Made by a program: the position numbers and the translations under genes
Assembly: GCF_018350175.1 (NCBI RefSeq)
Contig: NC_058368.1
Span: 33,606,001 to 33,670,000 of the forward strand
Length of the DNA: 64,000 nt
Origin: Felis catus
Lineage: Eukaryota
Direction: 5' to 3'
Shown here: positions 61,960-64,000 of the stretch, piece by piece
How the letters are laid out: the number at the start of each line of letters is the position of its first letter
How positions within the stretch are numbered: position 1 is the first letter of the stretch
Notes under the pieces: generated by a model
Databases searched by the model: none
Seen by the model: only the letters and a program-made list of their open reading frames with translations
Told to the model about the DNA's origin: nothing

Positions 61960-63475
61960 TGTGTTCTTATTTCTACTCTCTCTTTTGATATCCTTCTCTC
62001 TCTCATTCCTTTCTCATCCATGGAGCAGCCTGTTCCCTTTTTTGTTGGTTTATCTTGTTTTGGTGAAAAAATATTTTCCAGTTGATTTATAAAAATAGGA
62101 AATATCTTTTTAAGCTTGCTGTCCATCAGAAAATTATTATATTCTATACCCTAGAGAAATCTCCAATACAGATTATTTTCAATAAGAATTTTCAAATTAT
62201 GTCTCCGTTGTCTTACTCTCTTTTGCTGTTGATATTAAGATATTTTCTTTATTTCCCATCCTTCCTGTGTTACTTTTTCTTTTACTCTGAAAGGATTTAG
62301 AATCTTTATTTTAATCCTGGTATTCTGAAAATTCACACTGATACATGCCTTGGGCTGCGTCTTTATTTCATTCTGAGGGTCCTTTCTAGACCCTTTTGAG
62401 ATGATTGCCTACAGTCAAAGAAAGTTTTCTTGTGTCATTATCTGAATATTTTCCCTGTGTTCCATGTATTTTCTCTTTTTGAAAACACTGTTAGTTGGAT
62501 TCCACACACCCTTATTATCTATTTATTTTATTTTATGTTTCAATACTCCTACTTTTAAGGATTTCATTAATTTAATTTTCCAACTTTTCTATTAATTATT
62601 GACATTGACTGGTATCATTTTTTATTAACTTTGTATTCAGTGCATTTTTTGTGATTTTTTTTGATGTTACAGATGCATTAAGTTTTCTCTCTGAGGACAT
62701 TAATCAGAGTTTACAGTTTTTGACACTATTCTGCTGCATTTACTGTATTTTTTCCTATTTCCATTATTTTTGTTTTTCTTTTGTTTAGCTTCTGTCTTTC
62801 CTGATGAAGACTCTCAACAAACTCTATCGATGCTTTTTTGGCATCTCAGATTTAAAATGTAAGTACTAAACAGATAACTGAAAGTTCTGTTAAGGACAGG
62901 TTTGCTTATCTGGTGGAACCGAATATAGAATGGTCAGGGAGTAAGAAATATTTTGTGGAGTCATCCCAAAAGTCAGTACCCACAGGCTTTCCAAGGCTAA
63001 TTTTTTCCCAGAAGAAAAAAATTCTCTAAGTGGTTGAGTAGGAAAAAATCAGTCCTGTAACATCCTCACCATTCACTGAGATAATGTTTGTTTAATCTGT
63101 TGCTTTCTCTCCTATACTTTCTTTAATTCTTCTCTTTACTGTGTCTAGGTCTTCCAGTCTGGAGACTTTTGCTTCAATCTCTCCAGTTTATGTGCTTTCT
63201 GATTCTTGGGATAAACTGGATAGAGATTTCAGAGTTTTGTAGCTTTCTGGGGACCAAAGCTGTCTTTGTCTACACTCTTTAGACCAACCTCCTGCTTTTT
63301 ATTTCCTATTCTCACCCCTATCCTTCACAGGACCTCATGCAATGACTTTCTGTAGATTTCAGGAGTTGTTCAGGGAAAGCTATCTTCTTTTTAATTGGGA
63401 TTTCCCTGTGTAGGAAACAAGTATTTCACTGTACTCCCTTGGCTAAGGCATTTACCACTCTGTCCATTTCCAACT
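61960..63475 (-). mobile_element. Old HAL1-like or L1ME ORF1/5' relic
   Basis: tttagaatctttattttaatcctggtattctgaaaattcacactgatacatgccttggg resembles antisense HAL1/L1 ORF1 sequence. T-rich throughout; boundaries uncertain. Confidence 0.5.
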
Positions 63476-63481
63476 ATTGTG

Positions 63482-64000
63482 GTTTTTGTGTTTTTTTTTT
63501 TGTTTTTGTTTTTGTTTTCAATATATGAAATTTATTGCCAAATTGGTTTCCATACAACACCCAGTGCTCATCCCAAAAGGTGCCCTCCTCAATACCCATC
63601 ACCCACCCTCCTCTCCCTCCCACCCCCCATCAACCCTCAGTTTGTTCTCAGTTTTTAAGAGTCTCTTAATGCTTTGGCTCTCTCCCACTCTAACCTCTTT
63701 TTTTTTTCCTTCCCCTCCCCCATGGCTTTCTGTTAAATTTCTCAGGATCCACATAAGAGTGAAAACATATGGTATCTGTCTTTCTCCGTATGGCTTATTT
63801 CACTTAGCATCACACTCTCCAGTTCCATCCACGTTGCTACAAAAGGCCATATTTCGTTCTTTCTCATTGCCATGTAGTACTCCATTGCGTATATAAACCA
63901 CAATTTCTTTACCCATTCATCAGTTGATGGACATTTAGGCTCTTTCCATAATTTGGCTATTGTTGAGAATGCTGCTATAAACATTGGGGTACAAGTGCCC
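63482..64000 (-). mobile_element. Young feline L1 (L1_Fc-like) 3' end, continues beyond the window
   Basis: T-tail, 3'UTR (aatatatgaaatttattg..aaattggtttccatacaacacccagtgctcatccc), and an uninterrupted ORF2 C-terminus MFIAAFSTIAKLWKEPKCPSTDEW...YHMFSLLCGS at 63742-63984. Confidence 0.96.

Noticed and set aside
1..64000. A novel multi-gene system, CRISPR-like array or prokaryotic/viral insert
   Set aside because: I saw no gene-dense segment, repeat-spacer array or compositional island. Recurring ~200-bp units are dispersed Can-SINEs, and the recognisable ORFs are L1- or SINE-derived.
12715..64000. L1 orientation bias as evidence for a host gene strand
   Set aside because: Large L1s occur on both strands, so there is no usable bias.

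Overview
This is mammalian genomic DNA, very likely from a felid (cat family). The evidence is about 24 tRNA-derived Can-SINEs, three of them young SINEC_Fc-type copies, plus carnivore and feline L1 elements. The window is AT-rich and CpG-poor. By my rough tally about half of it is LINE-1: two full-length decayed L1s on + (25555-32508, 40905-48060), one near-full-length older L1 on - (12715-19185), several truncated or older copies, and a young L1_Fc-like 3' end running off the right edge. It also holds ancient L2, CR1/L3, MIR, MaLR/ERVL LTR, HAL1-like and hAT (MER5, MER58) relics and many microsatellites. I found no intact protein-coding gene, RNA gene or CRISPR-like array. The supplied ORFs I could assign are repeat-derived and the rest look like chance ORFs. 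I cannot support a novel biological system here. The notable structure is mutational history: nested and serial retrotransposon insertions with exact target-site duplications (TSDs), an internally deleted L1, templated-insertion scars with perfect inverted repeats, and perfect palindromes. There are also a few unverified exon-like and enhancer-like segments in unique DNA. Repeat subfamily names come from recalled consensus motifs, not from a search, and the boundaries of old repeats are approximate.
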